DNA of 64,000 nt from the NCBI GenBank assembly GCA_044223005.1, contig JBGAML010000016.1, positions 52,080 through 116,079 on the forward strand. The letters are read 5' to 3'. Made by a program: the position numbers and the translations under genes. Origin of the DNA: Candidatus Eiseniibacteriota bacterium (lineage in GTDB: Bacteria > Eisenbacteria > RBG-16-71-46). Positions 9,501 through 18,946 of this stretch are shown in pieces. The notes under the pieces were generated by a model. That model was not told where the DNA came from. It was given only the letters and a program-made list of their open reading frames with translations, and ran no database searches. How positions within the stretch are numbered: position 1 is the first letter of the stretch; each line of letters starts with the position of its first letter.

Positions 9501-11857
9501 ACGTCTCGCTCGCCATCGTCAACAAGACGGGCGGGTCGGGCAACGTCGGTACGATCTCGTCGGACATCTGGCAGTGGTTCAACGATGCGTTCCCGGTCGC
9601 CAACGGCGTCGCCCTCGGTACGGGCACGACGGTTGCGGCTCTGGATACGTGTGTCGCTCACATCGACGGCGCGCTGAACAACGCCCAGGGCACGGCCACG
9701 GCCGGTCTGGGTGGCCTGCGTCTGTCGGTGCTGGCGGACTCGATCGTCGTGATCGCCGGTGACCGCGCCGCTCTGGGTGTCGGTGACACGAACTCGACGA
9801 AGGTCCGTGTCGACCTCGTGTTCCGCATCCTCCCCGGCGTCGGCAACTACCAGAACCTGGTGAACTCGCCGGCCCGCGTCTACCCGCCGAACGCTTCGAT
9901 GGTGCTGCTGCAGCGTGCGGACAACCAGAACCTCGTCGTGAACACGGCTGACGTGAACGATCACTCGTTCTGGGCCGAGTACATGCGCGCGCCTGGTCAG
10001 TTCTCGTCCGGCACGCACCACAGCGGTGCCTGGTGGGATCCGCTGACCTGGAACTCGGCTCGTTGCGACACGGTGGAGACGAACTTCTTCCCGTCCGCTC
10101 CGGCTGCCCAGGTTTCGGCGACGTTCCCGACGCGTCCGGGCTTCTTCCAGTCGACGTACCACGAGGAAGATCCCAAGTTCAGCCTGCTTGGCATCTCGCA
10201 CGGCCGTTGCTTCGTGATCGACACCACGATCAACCTCGCCAACAGCACGAACGTCGTGTGCGGTTCGGCGCCGGCGTGGGTCACCACGGTTCCGCAGTCG
10301 CGTACCGGCTGGGACGGCACGGTCACCACGAAGGAAGGCACGAAGATCCTGCCGGACGGTCTGCTGACGCCTGGCGCGCACGTGCAGTACTTCTTCCGCA
10401 AGTCGCAGATCTTCCAGTTCAACGGCTACGCGCTGGATCCCGACACCGAGCAGATCATCTACCAGGCGACTGAAGACAACTACGATCAGCACCGCTGGCA
10501 GGAGATCGGTGTTCTTCCGGATCGTTGGAAGGACACGCAGTTCGGTGGCTCCGGCATGGCCTGCATGCTGTACGCGGACTACAACGATCGTCGTGGTGAC
10601 GAAGCCGTGTGGGTGTCCGTCATGGACTCCATCGGTGGCACCGCTTCGAACAAGTGGGGCGCGCACAACGGCTGGCACGCGGCGGGTGGCGTGAACCTGA
10701 ACGTCAACTCGAACCCGAGCCTCCCGGCTCAGGCGTACGTCTACGGCCGCAACGCGCAGCCGGGCACCACGTGGGACAAGTACGACGTCCGCGCGACGGA
10801 GTCCGGTAGCTCGGTCGGTACGCGCATCGGTGGCCGCGTGATCATCCAGGGCGCTGATCTGCTCCTGGGTCACGATGCCAACGTCGCTCCGACGCCGGCG
10901 ATGCTGCGTCAGTACTACCGCTTCATCTCGCTGCTGACCGGCGACCTCAACTCGGGCGACCTGGGTCCGCGTCTGGACCTCGAGCAGCCCGAAGACGACA
11001 TCGCGATCCTGACCGACTTCCTCAGCACGAACGCTGGCCTCACGGCGAAGCCGCGCGGTCTGTTCGTGGCGGGTCATGGTTTCGCGGAGTCCGAGGCTGC
11101 GGACCCGGCGCACGCGACGTGGATGGCGAGCTGGCTGGGCACCAACCTGGTCAACGCGTCGTACCGCGCGCTGTCCGGCAACACGACGGCCGGCTGCTCG
11201 GACCTGTACTCGGCGACGGTCATCACGCCCGCGGCCGACATCTACGGTGTCCAGCTGTCCTGCCGCTTCACGAACGACGTCCTTGCTGCCAACCCGTCGC
11301 TCCCGCTGACCGCTCCCGTGAGCTGGTATGAAGGCCCGACGCATACGACGTATGCGGCGTCGGTCTATCACCCGGCGAACGGCTCGGACAACTGGATCTC
11401 GCTGGTTGACGGCTTCGACCTGTACAACATGTGGGGCCGTTACTGCACCACGAGCTACGGCCGCCTGGCGTACACCTACAAGGTCATGACCAACGTGTTC
11501 GGCAGCCTCTGCAACAACTGGGGCCCGCCGTCCAGCACGCTGGACGTGCCCAGCAACGGTCGCGGTGGCCAGCTCGTCAACTTCATGAAGGTTGGCAACT
11601 CGGTCATGCGCTCCGGCAACGCGACGATCCGCTTCGGTGTCGAGGCCACGGGTCGTGCGCGCCTGCGTCTGTACGACGTCACGGGCCGTCTGGTCCGCAC
11701 GCTCGCCGACAAGACCTACCAGGGTGGCCAGGAGTACTCGGTCCTCTGGGACGGCCGTGACGACGGCGGCAACCAGGTCGCGCGTGGTGTCTACTTCGCC
11801 CGCATCGACTACGCGGACGGCAAGGCTGTCAACGGCCGTGTCGTGGTCCTGCAGTAA
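6560..11857 (+). CDS. giant secreted/surface protein (1765 aa) with C-terminal FlgD-Ig/T9SS-like sorting domain; S-layer candidate
   Basis: Signal peptide MKKAFLALLLLVGAAAMMASAAFA. C-terminal LRLYDVTGRLVRTL...WDGRDDGGNQVARGVYF. GGAGG RBS. Codon usage (frequent GGT, CGT, GCT) differs from neighbours. Confidence 0.85.
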   Translation: MKKAFLALLLLVGAAAMMASAAFALDGQNEFTGIQRSHASLATRAQNAGTMGGAAAIYDTTWVGHSASNHFNAANNWWNIYTGTYRPGVAIANNALWDFEDLTNMAAGFADSLQGWWPTGDRQGSVAGFTDDLLYSYLGLDHGNQVNYAMRGYLGRTKGVIGAWHADPGKNAGIGVTWAPMSGSYSAWCGLRETNDNTVIDQVTKNPFNSSTAEFNNLLVGLTAKNYPGYCRSWDQMLYRDLAPTAGQPLTLSFLYRTRMSLGANTSTTGRIGWFHGDPLSTTPGNFISAAASAPTTIVDSFQVFIGVPVNEAAVTLSNGTTAPVYDKQRRWFSEVVQMFNGAPLYEVMSRAGANPATTDTTGFNSFSAVIDAPTVASITGFAGNPTGNVRLVFRVKTNSSFDDQAGTFNSASRGAAQIDDVTIQWGAAAASNIGDFEGLEQSGPNSIDNRFDGTHQVNYAMRGYLGRTKGVIGAWHADPGKNAGIGVTWAPMSGSYSAWCGLRETNDNTVIDQVTKNPFNATTAEFNVQNVGLTAKNFPGYCRQWDQMLYRDLVPTAGQPLTLSFLYRTRMSLGANTSTTGRIGWFHGDPLWTAAGNFISAAAAAPTTIVDSFQVYVGVPVNDAAVTLSNGNVSPVFDPQRRWFSEVLQMFNGAPMVEVMARAGANPATTDTTGFVTFSTTIEAPTVASIATSPLNPTGNVRLVFRVKTNSSFDDQAGNFDSASRGAAQIDDVTIQWGAAAASNIGDFEGLEQSGPNSIDNRFDGTHTAVTNWRSTGRPTPNDWHATPLTGLPWSDICGPIGAATRTCNMIGNVLDAGNADQGEALGDPSTDATIEFRSGAISPTIDLTTTVSPNPMGITSAIVGGSDDYYIRYDVYTGDFDALGNTGVFWWWAAQSYPNVQANGAKTWGDITAGGTILYEPDIRCYGDIEPLKAKSKIQTSNASGLPDSLRIYLGLYALNGFYGDPLGANPAFGCYFDNVSLAIVNKTGGSGNVGTISSDIWQWFNDAFPVANGVALGTGTTVAALDTCVAHIDGALNNAQGTATAGLGGLRLSVLADSIVVIAGDRAALGVGDTNSTKVRVDLVFRILPGVGNYQNLVNSPARVYPPNASMVLLQRADNQNLVVNTADVNDHSFWAEYMRAPGQFSSGTHHSGAWWDPLTWNSARCDTVETNFFPSAPAAQVSATFPTRPGFFQSTYHEEDPKFSLLGISHGRCFVIDTTINLANSTNVVCGSAPAWVTTVPQSRTGWDGTVTTKEGTKILPDGLLTPGAHVQYFFRKSQIFQFNGYALDPDTEQIIYQATEDNYDQHRWQEIGVLPDRWKDTQFGGSGMACMLYADYNDRRGDEAVWVSVMDSIGGTASNKWGAHNGWHAAGGVNLNVNSNPSLPAQAYVYGRNAQPGTTWDKYDVRATESGSSVGTRIGGRVIIQGADLLLGHDANVAPTPAMLRQYYRFISLLTGDLNSGDLGPRLDLEQPEDDIAILTDFLSTNAGLTAKPRGLFVAGHGFAESEAADPAHATWMASWLGTNLVNASYRALSGNTTAGCSDLYSATVITPAADIYGVQLSCRFTNDVLAANPSLPLTAPVSWYEGPTHTTYAASVYHPANGSDNWISLVDGFDLYNMWGRYCTTSYGRLAYTYKVMTNVFGSLCNNWGPPSSTLDVPSNGRGGQLVNFMKVGNSVMRSGNATIRFGVEATGRARLRLYDVTGRLVRTLADKTYQGGQEYSVLWDGRDDGGNQVARGVYFARIDYADGKAVNGRVVVLQ
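6992..8863 (+). repeat. in-frame tandem duplication, 2 x 936 bp (312 aa)
   Basis: Units 6992-7927 and 7928-8863 align without indels. About 135 bp at the start and about 140 bp at the end of the unit are identical; about 36 aa differ in between. Confidence 0.97.
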
Positions 11858-11882
11858 GCGAAGAGCAGTCCAGACGTAAACG

Positions 11883-11923
11883 GAGGAGGGCGGGGAGCGA
11901 TCCCCGCCCTCCTCTCGTCTTTT
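11883..11923 (+). terminator. intrinsic terminator after giant surface protein gene
   Basis: 14-bp stem GAGGAGGGCGGGGA/TCCCCGCCCTCCTC, GCGA loop, T-rich tail. Confidence 0.85.
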
Positions 11924-12091
11924 CGTCTTTGGGAGGGGCCCGCCGTTCGCTCGGGGGAGGCCACCGCAAGCGCCTCGCAAATCGGGCCCAAGAAGCTACG
12001 CGCCCGGGATCGGGCCGCGAATTCGGCGTGAGTCCCAGCCAGCGCCGCCGAGGCTCGGGTGTGTTCTCCCAAGTCCCAGCAGTGATTTGCC

Positions 12092-12120
12092 TTGACGCTC
12101 GCGTGGAAGCGCCCTAGCCT
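12092..12120 (+). promoter_or_regulatory. sigma70-type promoter
   Basis: TTGACG-17 bp-TAGCCT, with the same -10 hexamer as at 6208. Confidence 0.6.
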
Positions 12121-12165
12121 GCGCGTAATTCCCTTCCAACTGACTGGGCGTGCTGGGGGGCGCGA

Positions 12166-14229
12166 ATGCGCTTGCGTTTCGGGGCTGTCCTTTGCCTTTT
12201 CCTTGCCATCATCGCTGCGAGCTGTCGTAAGGGGCTCGAGCCATCTGCCAGCAGTAACCAGGCACCAGAGACGTGGATCACGGCGGCGCCGCCGGACACG
12301 CTCACGTCGCGAAACGGTTCGGACCTGACGCCGGGAACACCGGCGATGATTCCGTCGCGTTTCCACGTGTACTGGGCTGGTTCCGATCGTGACGGCGCCG
12401 TCGTCGGCTACTACTGGGCCGTCACCGAGACGCTCGCGACCCCGCAGCCGGGGTTCTCGACGACTCCGCCACTGCCCGGGCCGAAGGCGCGCGACTACCA
12501 CTTCACCACGAACTCGGACACGACCTTCACCTTCAGCGCGTCGATCGACGTGCAGGACCGTGTGCACACGCTCTACGTGTACGCCGTCGACGACAAGGGG
12601 AAGGCCGACCCGACGCCCGCGCGCGTGAACTTCCGCGCCAACGACCGCTTCCCGCCGATCGGGATCTTCGATCTCGCGCGCGCGACCGGAACGGTCTACG
12701 TCGGGAACCCCGTGGTGCCACAGGTATACGTCCAGGCACTCACGGACACCTTCATCCCGAAGAAGGTGTTCTCACGCGACACCGTTCCCTCGGGCGCGCT
12801 CCTCGAGTTCCGCTGGCACGGCGAAGCGACGTCCGTCGGCGGCGAACCGATCGGCTACCAGTACAAGCTCGACGAAGCCACCTGGAACATCGTGGATTCG
12901 ACGGTCCACACGGCGACGTACAACACCCACGTCGGGCCGGACAACATCGCGACCGGGACCAAGATCTTCTCGCTCCGCACCGTCGGCCCCACCGGCTGGC
13001 GCACGGAGACGTCGCGGTTCTTCGAGATGAACTTCGCGCCGGACGGGTGGTTCTCGGGCCCGGATCTCTCGAATCCGATCTGGACGACGTTCCGTGACCA
13101 CGGCGGCACCGGGCACCAGTACTGGGTGACGGACGTCAACTGGGGCGATGCCACCACGCCGCTCGCGACGATCCCGGGCACCATGCTCTCGTCCGACTCG
13201 GCGACCACGCTGCCTGCCTCCCGGCCCGCGCGGAAGACGTTCTTCGAGATCTACAAGGACCAGATCTGGGCGCACCAGGAAGGCGACACGGTCAGCATGA
13301 ACTCGTTCGTCGTCTTCCCGGTCGGCGGTTCCGACAAGGACTCGCCGTACAACGTGCACGTGGGCGTCGACAACCTGAAGCCGCCGGGCGTCGTCACCAC
13401 GATCGGCCCCGCGAACGGCTCGCCGGTCGGGTTCCACGGCCTCGTCCTCACCCAGAAGCCGAACGGCCAGATCGTGAGCCCGACGGAATCGACGATCTTC
13501 CCGGTCTTCGACCTCGCCTCGGTCTACATCCAGCGCAAGATCAGCTACTACGCCGGCATGACCACGACCGGCAAGTGCTACGCCTACGTCGTGGCCGAGG
13601 ACGGCGACGGCACGATCGATCGGCGCATCGCGAAGGCCGGCGGCCCCAACATCGTCGCGGACTCCGTGGACTTCCACAACAGCGTCGCGTCGGACGAGAT
13701 CAAGGGCATCCGCGACAAGGTGATGGTCTTCTACGTCAACCACGCACCGTTCCTGATGAGCTCCGACGGGACGTTCGTGCCCCAGCCGAACGCCTCGTTC
13801 CAGCGTGGATCCGTGGTGCCGTTCAACCTGCTCGCCGACGATCAGGACCCGTTCAACTTCTCGGCGGCCAACCCGCGTTCCGGCGGGCCGCAGGTGGGCA
13901 TCGGCAAGGTGCTCATTCGCAGCGTTTCCATCAGCGGCACGGACATCAACGGGCGCGACACGACGGTCGTGATCGGCGCTACGTTCGAGAACCAGAACGT
14001 CAGCTTCCTCATGCCGACGATCTTCGCGCCGGGTGCGGCGCACGCCAGGATCCAGGTGTGCGACTTCCGCTCCTCCGACGCCGGCCTCGGCAACTTCGGC
14101 CGCTGCAGCGACGTGCTCGACGTGCCGATCACCATCACGGGACCCGTACCTGCCGATGCATCCGGGGCATCGCAGCAATCGATGAACCGACCGGGGCTAA
14201 CGCCCACCGGCAGGAGGCAGCAGCCATGA
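12166..14229 (+). CDS. secreted lipoprotein with beta-sandwich (FN3-like) repeats, unknown function
   Basis: Lipobox-like IIAASC. NQAPETWI..., YWAGSDRDG.V.GY, YAVDDKGKADPTPA modules. Confidence 0.75.
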   Translation: MRLRFGAVLCLFLAIIAASCRKGLEPSASSNQAPETWITAAPPDTLTSRNGSDLTPGTPAMIPSRFHVYWAGSDRDGAVVGYYWAVTETLATPQPGFSTTPPLPGPKARDYHFTTNSDTTFTFSASIDVQDRVHTLYVYAVDDKGKADPTPARVNFRANDRFPPIGIFDLARATGTVYVGNPVVPQVYVQALTDTFIPKKVFSRDTVPSGALLEFRWHGEATSVGGEPIGYQYKLDEATWNIVDSTVHTATYNTHVGPDNIATGTKIFSLRTVGPTGWRTETSRFFEMNFAPDGWFSGPDLSNPIWTTFRDHGGTGHQYWVTDVNWGDATTPLATIPGTMLSSDSATTLPASRPARKTFFEIYKDQIWAHQEGDTVSMNSFVVFPVGGSDKDSPYNVHVGVDNLKPPGVVTTIGPANGSPVGFHGLVLTQKPNGQIVSPTESTIFPVFDLASVYIQRKISYYAGMTTTGKCYAYVVAEDGDGTIDRRIAKAGGPNIVADSVDFHNSVASDEIKGIRDKVMVFYVNHAPFLMSSDGTFVPQPNASFQRGSVVPFNLLADDQDPFNFSAANPRSGGPQVGIGKVLIRSVSISGTDINGRDTTVVIGATFENQNVSFLMPTIFAPGAAHARIQVCDFRSSDAGLGNFGRCSDVLDVPITITGPVPADASGASQQSMNRPGLTPTGRRQQP

Positions 14230-16694
14230 AGTTCCGCTCGTACTTCGCATTCGCGATTCTCGCGGGCGTGGTGGCCCTTTCGTTCGCGGCCGTCGGCTGC
14301 AGCAAGAAGGGCGGCATCCGCACGCTCATCCCGAACCGCCGCCCGTCGGTGGAGATCACCTCGGCGCCGGTCGACACGCGGGACACCTCGTTCTACGCGT
14401 ACAAGATCAACTGGTCCGGCGACGATCCGGACGGCCGTGTCGACCATTTCGAGTACGCGGTCGACGCGACGCCTGGCGACACCGTCTGGACGTCGTCCAC
14501 GAAGAACGAGAACACGTTCTTCTTCAAGTCGTCGCAGCCCGTGCTGGGTGGCAAGGCCGGCTCGCAGACGCGCTCGGTCGACCCGCACCGGTTCGTGATC
14601 CGCGCGGTCGACAACCAGGGCCTGCGTTCCGAACTGCGGACTCGCGACTTCTTCTCCTACACGGTCGCACCGACGGTGATCATCAACTCGCCGCAGCCGT
14701 CGACGCAGTTGGCGCGGAGCCTGACTCCGTCCGTGCGCATCAGCTGGCAGGGCTCGGATCCCGACGGCCAGTTCACGCAGAAGCCCATCAAGTACAAGTT
14801 CAAGCTGTTCGCCGACGGCAATCCCGAGTTCAGCCTCAACACGATGCTGACCAACAACTCCCAGCTGAACGGGCCGGACTCGCTCCGCCGTTACTACGCG
14901 CTGCTGAACTTCGCGGGCTGGGATTCGTGCGGCGGTGACACGACGACGGCGCAGTACAACGGCCTCAAGCCGTCGTCGCAGTACGTCTTCGTGGTGGTGG
15001 CGTTCGACGAAGCCGGCGCCTACTCGCCGAACTTTGGCCGCAGCAGCAACATGCTGCTGTTCGAGGTCGGGTTCGCCGGCCAGCTCGGACCGATCATCAC
15101 GGTCTTCAACGAGTTCTTCTTCTACCGCCCCACGACCGGAGGCTTCGCGCCGGACAACCCGGTCACGTGGCAGTTCCTCGAGGTGGCGGCCTCGCGCAAG
15201 GTGACGTTCAACTGGTTCGCCGACCCGCCGCCGGGCGCGCTCATCCAGTGGTATCGCTGGAAGCTGGACGGTGACGTGGGCGACGAGACGCCGCGCTCGG
15301 GCGACGACGACTGGTACCACTGGTCGTCCAAGAGCGTCGGCATCACCTCGTGCACGATCGGGCCTTTCGTGCCCGGCATCGATCACAAGCTCTACATCGA
15401 GGCCTTCGACAACGTCGGGCTGCTGAGCATCGTCACGATCGTGATCAAGCCGATCCAGCCGACGTTCGATCAGGACCTGTTGATCGTCGACGACACGCGG
15501 CTCGAGCCGGACAAGTTCAATACCAGCCCGTTGAAACCGGATCTCTACACCGAATTCTGGCCGTCGGCGGCCGAGCTGGACACCTTCCTGTACGCGCGGG
15601 GCAACTTCCCGTGGCGTGGCGCCCAGGTGACCGTGCCGTCTCCGGTGAGCAAGCCGGGCGTCTTCGCCGGCTATCCGTTCGACACCCTCGGAACCCGCCA
15701 GGGTCTCGAGATCCAGTCGAACGGTGTTCCGCTCAGCACCCTCGGGAAGTACCGCCACGTCATCTGGATGGTCGACAAGAACTCGGTCAGGAACACAGAC
15801 TCGGGCCTCGACCGGAACACGCCGATGGGTACCTTGCGGTGGATGAGCACCCCGGGCCACCTGAACACGCTGGGTTCGTACTTCATCTCCGGAGGCGAGA
15901 TCTGGCTGCTCGGCGGGCAGGCGGGCAACGCGACGCTGCTCTCGTTCAATGCCACGGGCAGCAAGGACAACGACACCAAGTACGGCAGCCTGCAGATGAA
16001 GGTGTACGGCAACCGCGAAGGCGAGCTGGTGCCCGGTCGCCTCATGTACGACGCCGCGCACTGGCAGAGCGAGTTCATTTCGCAGTCACCCCTGTCGTCC
16101 GCGACGTTGGTCAAGGCGACGAGCCTGGCGACCAAGAAGCCCTGGGTCAGCCCCGGCTGGAGCTTCTCGCGCCCGCTCACGAGCCCTGACTACAACCACC
16201 TGCCCCTGCAGATGAACCCCCGGTCCCTTGCGAGAGGGGACTCGCTGCCCCCGACGCGAACCGCGAGCCAGAGCGCGCTGTACTTCAATACGACGGTGAG
16301 CATCGTGGCCGAATACCTCTCGGATGCGAATCGCATCTACGAGGACTACAACCCGTCGCCATCGGTCGACAGCCTGGAATCGTCGCTGGATTCGCTCATG
16401 GACATCCGAGGGGGCGGTTCGAGGGGCAACGGGGAGCACGTGGCGATGACGTACTACCACGGCGTCACGACGCCCTCGTTCATCTTCTCCGGGTTCGACA
16501 TCTGGTACTGGTCGCGTGCCGACGTCGTCACGCTCGTCGACTTCGTCATGCACGACATCTGGGGACTGAACCGAACCACCGCTCCGAGCACGTCCGCGCG
16601 GCCCGCGCTGTACCCGGCGCACGCGACGACACCCCGTGCCATCCCGGTCGCGAGCCGCAGCGCCGTTCCGCTCGGCAGGGTCACTGGGCGATAG
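14226..16694 (+). CDS. secreted lipoprotein with beta-sandwich repeats, distant paralog of upstream gene
   Basis: ATG 14226 overlaps the upstream stop and has a GGAGG RBS. Lipobox AVGC. NRRPSVEI..., WSGDDPDG, RAVDNQG and WQGSDPDG modules. Confidence 0.75.
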   Translation: MKFRSYFAFAILAGVVALSFAAVGCSKKGGIRTLIPNRRPSVEITSAPVDTRDTSFYAYKINWSGDDPDGRVDHFEYAVDATPGDTVWTSSTKNENTFFFKSSQPVLGGKAGSQTRSVDPHRFVIRAVDNQGLRSELRTRDFFSYTVAPTVIINSPQPSTQLARSLTPSVRISWQGSDPDGQFTQKPIKYKFKLFADGNPEFSLNTMLTNNSQLNGPDSLRRYYALLNFAGWDSCGGDTTTAQYNGLKPSSQYVFVVVAFDEAGAYSPNFGRSSNMLLFEVGFAGQLGPIITVFNEFFFYRPTTGGFAPDNPVTWQFLEVAASRKVTFNWFADPPPGALIQWYRWKLDGDVGDETPRSGDDDWYHWSSKSVGITSCTIGPFVPGIDHKLYIEAFDNVGLLSIVTIVIKPIQPTFDQDLLIVDDTRLEPDKFNTSPLKPDLYTEFWPSAAELDTFLYARGNFPWRGAQVTVPSPVSKPGVFAGYPFDTLGTRQGLEIQSNGVPLSTLGKYRHVIWMVDKNSVRNTDSGLDRNTPMGTLRWMSTPGHLNTLGSYFISGGEIWLLGGQAGNATLLSFNATGSKDNDTKYGSLQMKVYGNREGELVPGRLMYDAAHWQSEFISQSPLSSATLVKATSLATKKPWVSPGWSFSRPLTSPDYNHLPLQMNPRSLARGDSLPPTRTASQSALYFNTTVSIVAEYLSDANRIYEDYNPSPSVDSLESSLDSLMDIRGGGSRGNGEHVAMTYYHGVTTPSFIFSGFDIWYWSRADVVTLVDFVMHDIWGLNRTTAPSTSARPALYPAHATTPRAIPVASRSAVPLGRVTGR

Positions 16695-16697
16695 AGG

Positions 16698-17846
16698 ATG
16701 AACTTCATGTTCCGCTGGCAAGCTCGTCTTGCCGCCGTCACGGCGCTGGCCCTCGTGGCCGGCGCCGTCGGCGCGGCGCTCTTCGCGGGGCCGGCGCGAG
16801 CCGCGTCCGCGTTCCCGTCGATCAAGTCGTGGGTGCTCATCGGCGCCTACCAGGACAGCACCACGCTCCCGAACGGCGACAAGCTCTGCCTCGGATACTG
16901 GGGGCCCCGGCCCGACAGCGTCCGGGTGCAGGCGCGCGCGCTCTCGCTCCGGTGGCTCCGCGACCGTGAGGCCGAGAAGCGGCCGGATTTCGGTGGCTAT
17001 CGCATCTACCGGATGATCAACACGCCGGATACGACCACCGCCGTGCTGCTGCGTCGCTATTCGCTCAACGACCTCCGGACCTGGCACTTCACCAAGCTCG
17101 ACACCGCCACGATGACGTACAGCTGTGGTGGCCGGACGGCGAGCGACAGCATCCTCACCTACGTGGATCCGGATTCGAGCGGGAACTTCATCAAGATCTG
17201 CAGGAAGCCCGGCATCCCGGGGCAGTGCTCCACGCCCGGCGACTCCGTCTGGTACCTGCAGGCGCCGCCCGGCCCTCACGACGGCTTCCGCACGTACTAC
17301 ACGATCACGTACGAAGCGCTGAACGGCACCGACGCGACGTTCTCCGACATGTTCGTGGCCGACACGCTGAACGCCTTCACGCGTTGCGACACCACCGGTC
17401 TCGCCTATGCGGTCGCCAACCTGGCGAGCGCGGACCCGATCGTGGCGGCGCGGGCGCGGCTCAACCTGATGACCGTGCGCAACTCGTGCCCGAACCTGAA
17501 CAACAAGGCGCGGAACATCGTCGGGCCCTACTCGCCGACGGGCGGTCCGAGTGCGAATCTCGAGAGCGTCCACGTCGTGCCCAATCCGTACCGCGGTACG
17601 GCGGTGTGGGACGGCGCCAACGCGAACGAGATCCACTTCATCAACCTGCCCGCGCACGCGACGATCAAGATCTACACCGTCTCCGGGGACCTCGTCCGCG
17701 AACTGCAGCACTCGGACACCGTCCACGACTACGAGATCTGGGACCTCAAGTCCGGCGCCGGACGGACGGTCGCCTCGGGCATCTACATGTATCGCATCGA
17801 GGCCGCTTCGTTCAGCTTCCAGAATCGTTTCGTCGTCATTCGCTGA
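16698..17846 (+). CDS. secreted protein with T9SS-like C-terminal sorting domain
   Basis: Signal peptide. FGGYRIYR. C-terminal VHVVPNPY...IKIYTVSGDLVREL...WDLKSGAGRTVASGIYMY...FVVIR. Confidence 0.8.
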   Translation: MNFMFRWQARLAAVTALALVAGAVGAALFAGPARAASAFPSIKSWVLIGAYQDSTTLPNGDKLCLGYWGPRPDSVRVQARALSLRWLRDREAEKRPDFGGYRIYRMINTPDTTTAVLLRRYSLNDLRTWHFTKLDTATMTYSCGGRTASDSILTYVDPDSSGNFIKICRKPGIPGQCSTPGDSVWYLQAPPGPHDGFRTYYTITYEALNGTDATFSDMFVADTLNAFTRCDTTGLAYAVANLASADPIVAARARLNLMTVRNSCPNLNNKARNIVGPYSPTGGPSANLESVHVVPNPYRGTAVWDGANANEIHFINLPAHATIKIYTVSGDLVRELQHSDTVHDYEIWDLKSGAGRTVASGIYMYRIEAASFSFQNRFVVIR

Positions 17847-17901
17847 CCGTGCCGGGGCCCGCCGATCACCGGCGGGCCTCGTCGCGTCCGGGGCGGTCCG
17901 C

Positions 17902-18921
17902 ATGCGCCTGCGTCTCGAAGCGCTCGTGCGCCGGGGCTCGATCGTGGAGAGCCGGCACGAGCTGGAACTCGCCCTCGTCGACCCGGAAGGCCGCCTGGAG
18001 GCCGCGACCGGGGACGCCGCTCGCGTGACCACCTTCCGCTCGGCGGCGAAGCCCTTCCAGCTCCTGCCGCTCGTGGAGCGCGGCCACGCCGATCGCTGGG
18101 GATTCGGTGACGCGGACCTCGCGCTGATGTCCGCCTCGCACACGGGTTCGGCGGAGCACGTCGCCGGCGTCCAGCGGCTGCTCGACCGCATCGGCCTCGG
18201 CCCGGACGCTCTCGCGTGCGGCTACCACGAGCCGGAGGATCCCGAGTCGCTCGCGCGGCTGCGTGGTGGAGCCGAATCGCCGTCGCCGCTGTACAATAAT
18301 TGCTCGGGCAAGCACGCCGGAATGCTCGCGCTCGCGCGGGCGGAAGGCTGGCCCGTGGAGGGGTACCACCTGCCGGAGCACCCCGTGCAGCAGCTCGCCC
18401 TGCGCACGGTCGCGGAACTCTGCGGCGTCGACGCCGCGTCGATCGCGACCGCCGTGGACGGCTGCAGCGTGGTGGTGTTCGCGCTCCCACTGAGCGCCAT
18501 GGCGCGTGGCTACGCCGTGCTCGCGGCCGCGGCGCGGCAGCCCGGCGGCGACGCCCGTTCGCAGGCGCTCGCCCGCATCGCGCGGGCGATGATGGCGCAT
18601 CCCCGGCTCGTCGAGGGCCGTGGGCGCGTGAGCACGGAGTTGATGGAAGCGGCAGCGGGAAAGCTGCTCGCGAAGTGCGGGGCGGAGGGGCTGCAGCTCG
18701 TGGCGTGGCCGGAGCGCGCGCGCGGGTTGGCGATCAAGTGCCGCGACGGCGCCACGCGCGCCACGGGGCCGGCGGTGGTCGCCGCCCTCGAACGGTTCGG
18801 GGCGCTCGAGCGAGACGAAATCGAACGGCTGTCGTCACTGCGGCGCGCACGGGTGCACAATGCCGCGGGGCTCGACGTCGGGGACGTCACGGCGGAACTG
18901 CACGAAGCGGCGACGGCGTGA
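17902..18921 (+). CDS. L-asparaginase II (Rhizobium AnsA-type) family protein
   Basis: RGSIVESRH, RSAAKPFQ, SHTG, NNCSGKHAG, DGC and AKCGAEG motifs. Confidence 0.88.
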   Translation: MRLRLEALVRRGSIVESRHELELALVDPEGRLEAATGDAARVTTFRSAAKPFQLLPLVERGHADRWGFGDADLALMSASHTGSAEHVAGVQRLLDRIGLGPDALACGYHEPEDPESLARLRGGAESPSPLYNNCSGKHAGMLALARAEGWPVEGYHLPEHPVQQLALRTVAELCGVDAASIATAVDGCSVVVFALPLSAMARGYAVLAAAARQPGGDARSQALARIARAMMAHPRLVEGRGRVSTELMEAAAGKLLAKCGAEGLQLVAWPERARGLAIKCRDGATRATGPAVVAALERFGALERDEIERLSSLRRARVHNAAGLDVGDVTAELHEAATA

Positions 18922-18946
18922 TCGCCCGGCGCATCGGGGAATCGGG

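Noticed and set aside
5630..11980. 2116-aa ORF on the minus strand, and other long antisense ORFs such as 23689-27336 and 21332-24256
   Set aside because: Shadow frames of real + strand genes. Avoidance of TTA/CTA/TCA codons in high-GC genes removes antisense stops, and the translations are Arg/Val-rich with no motifs.
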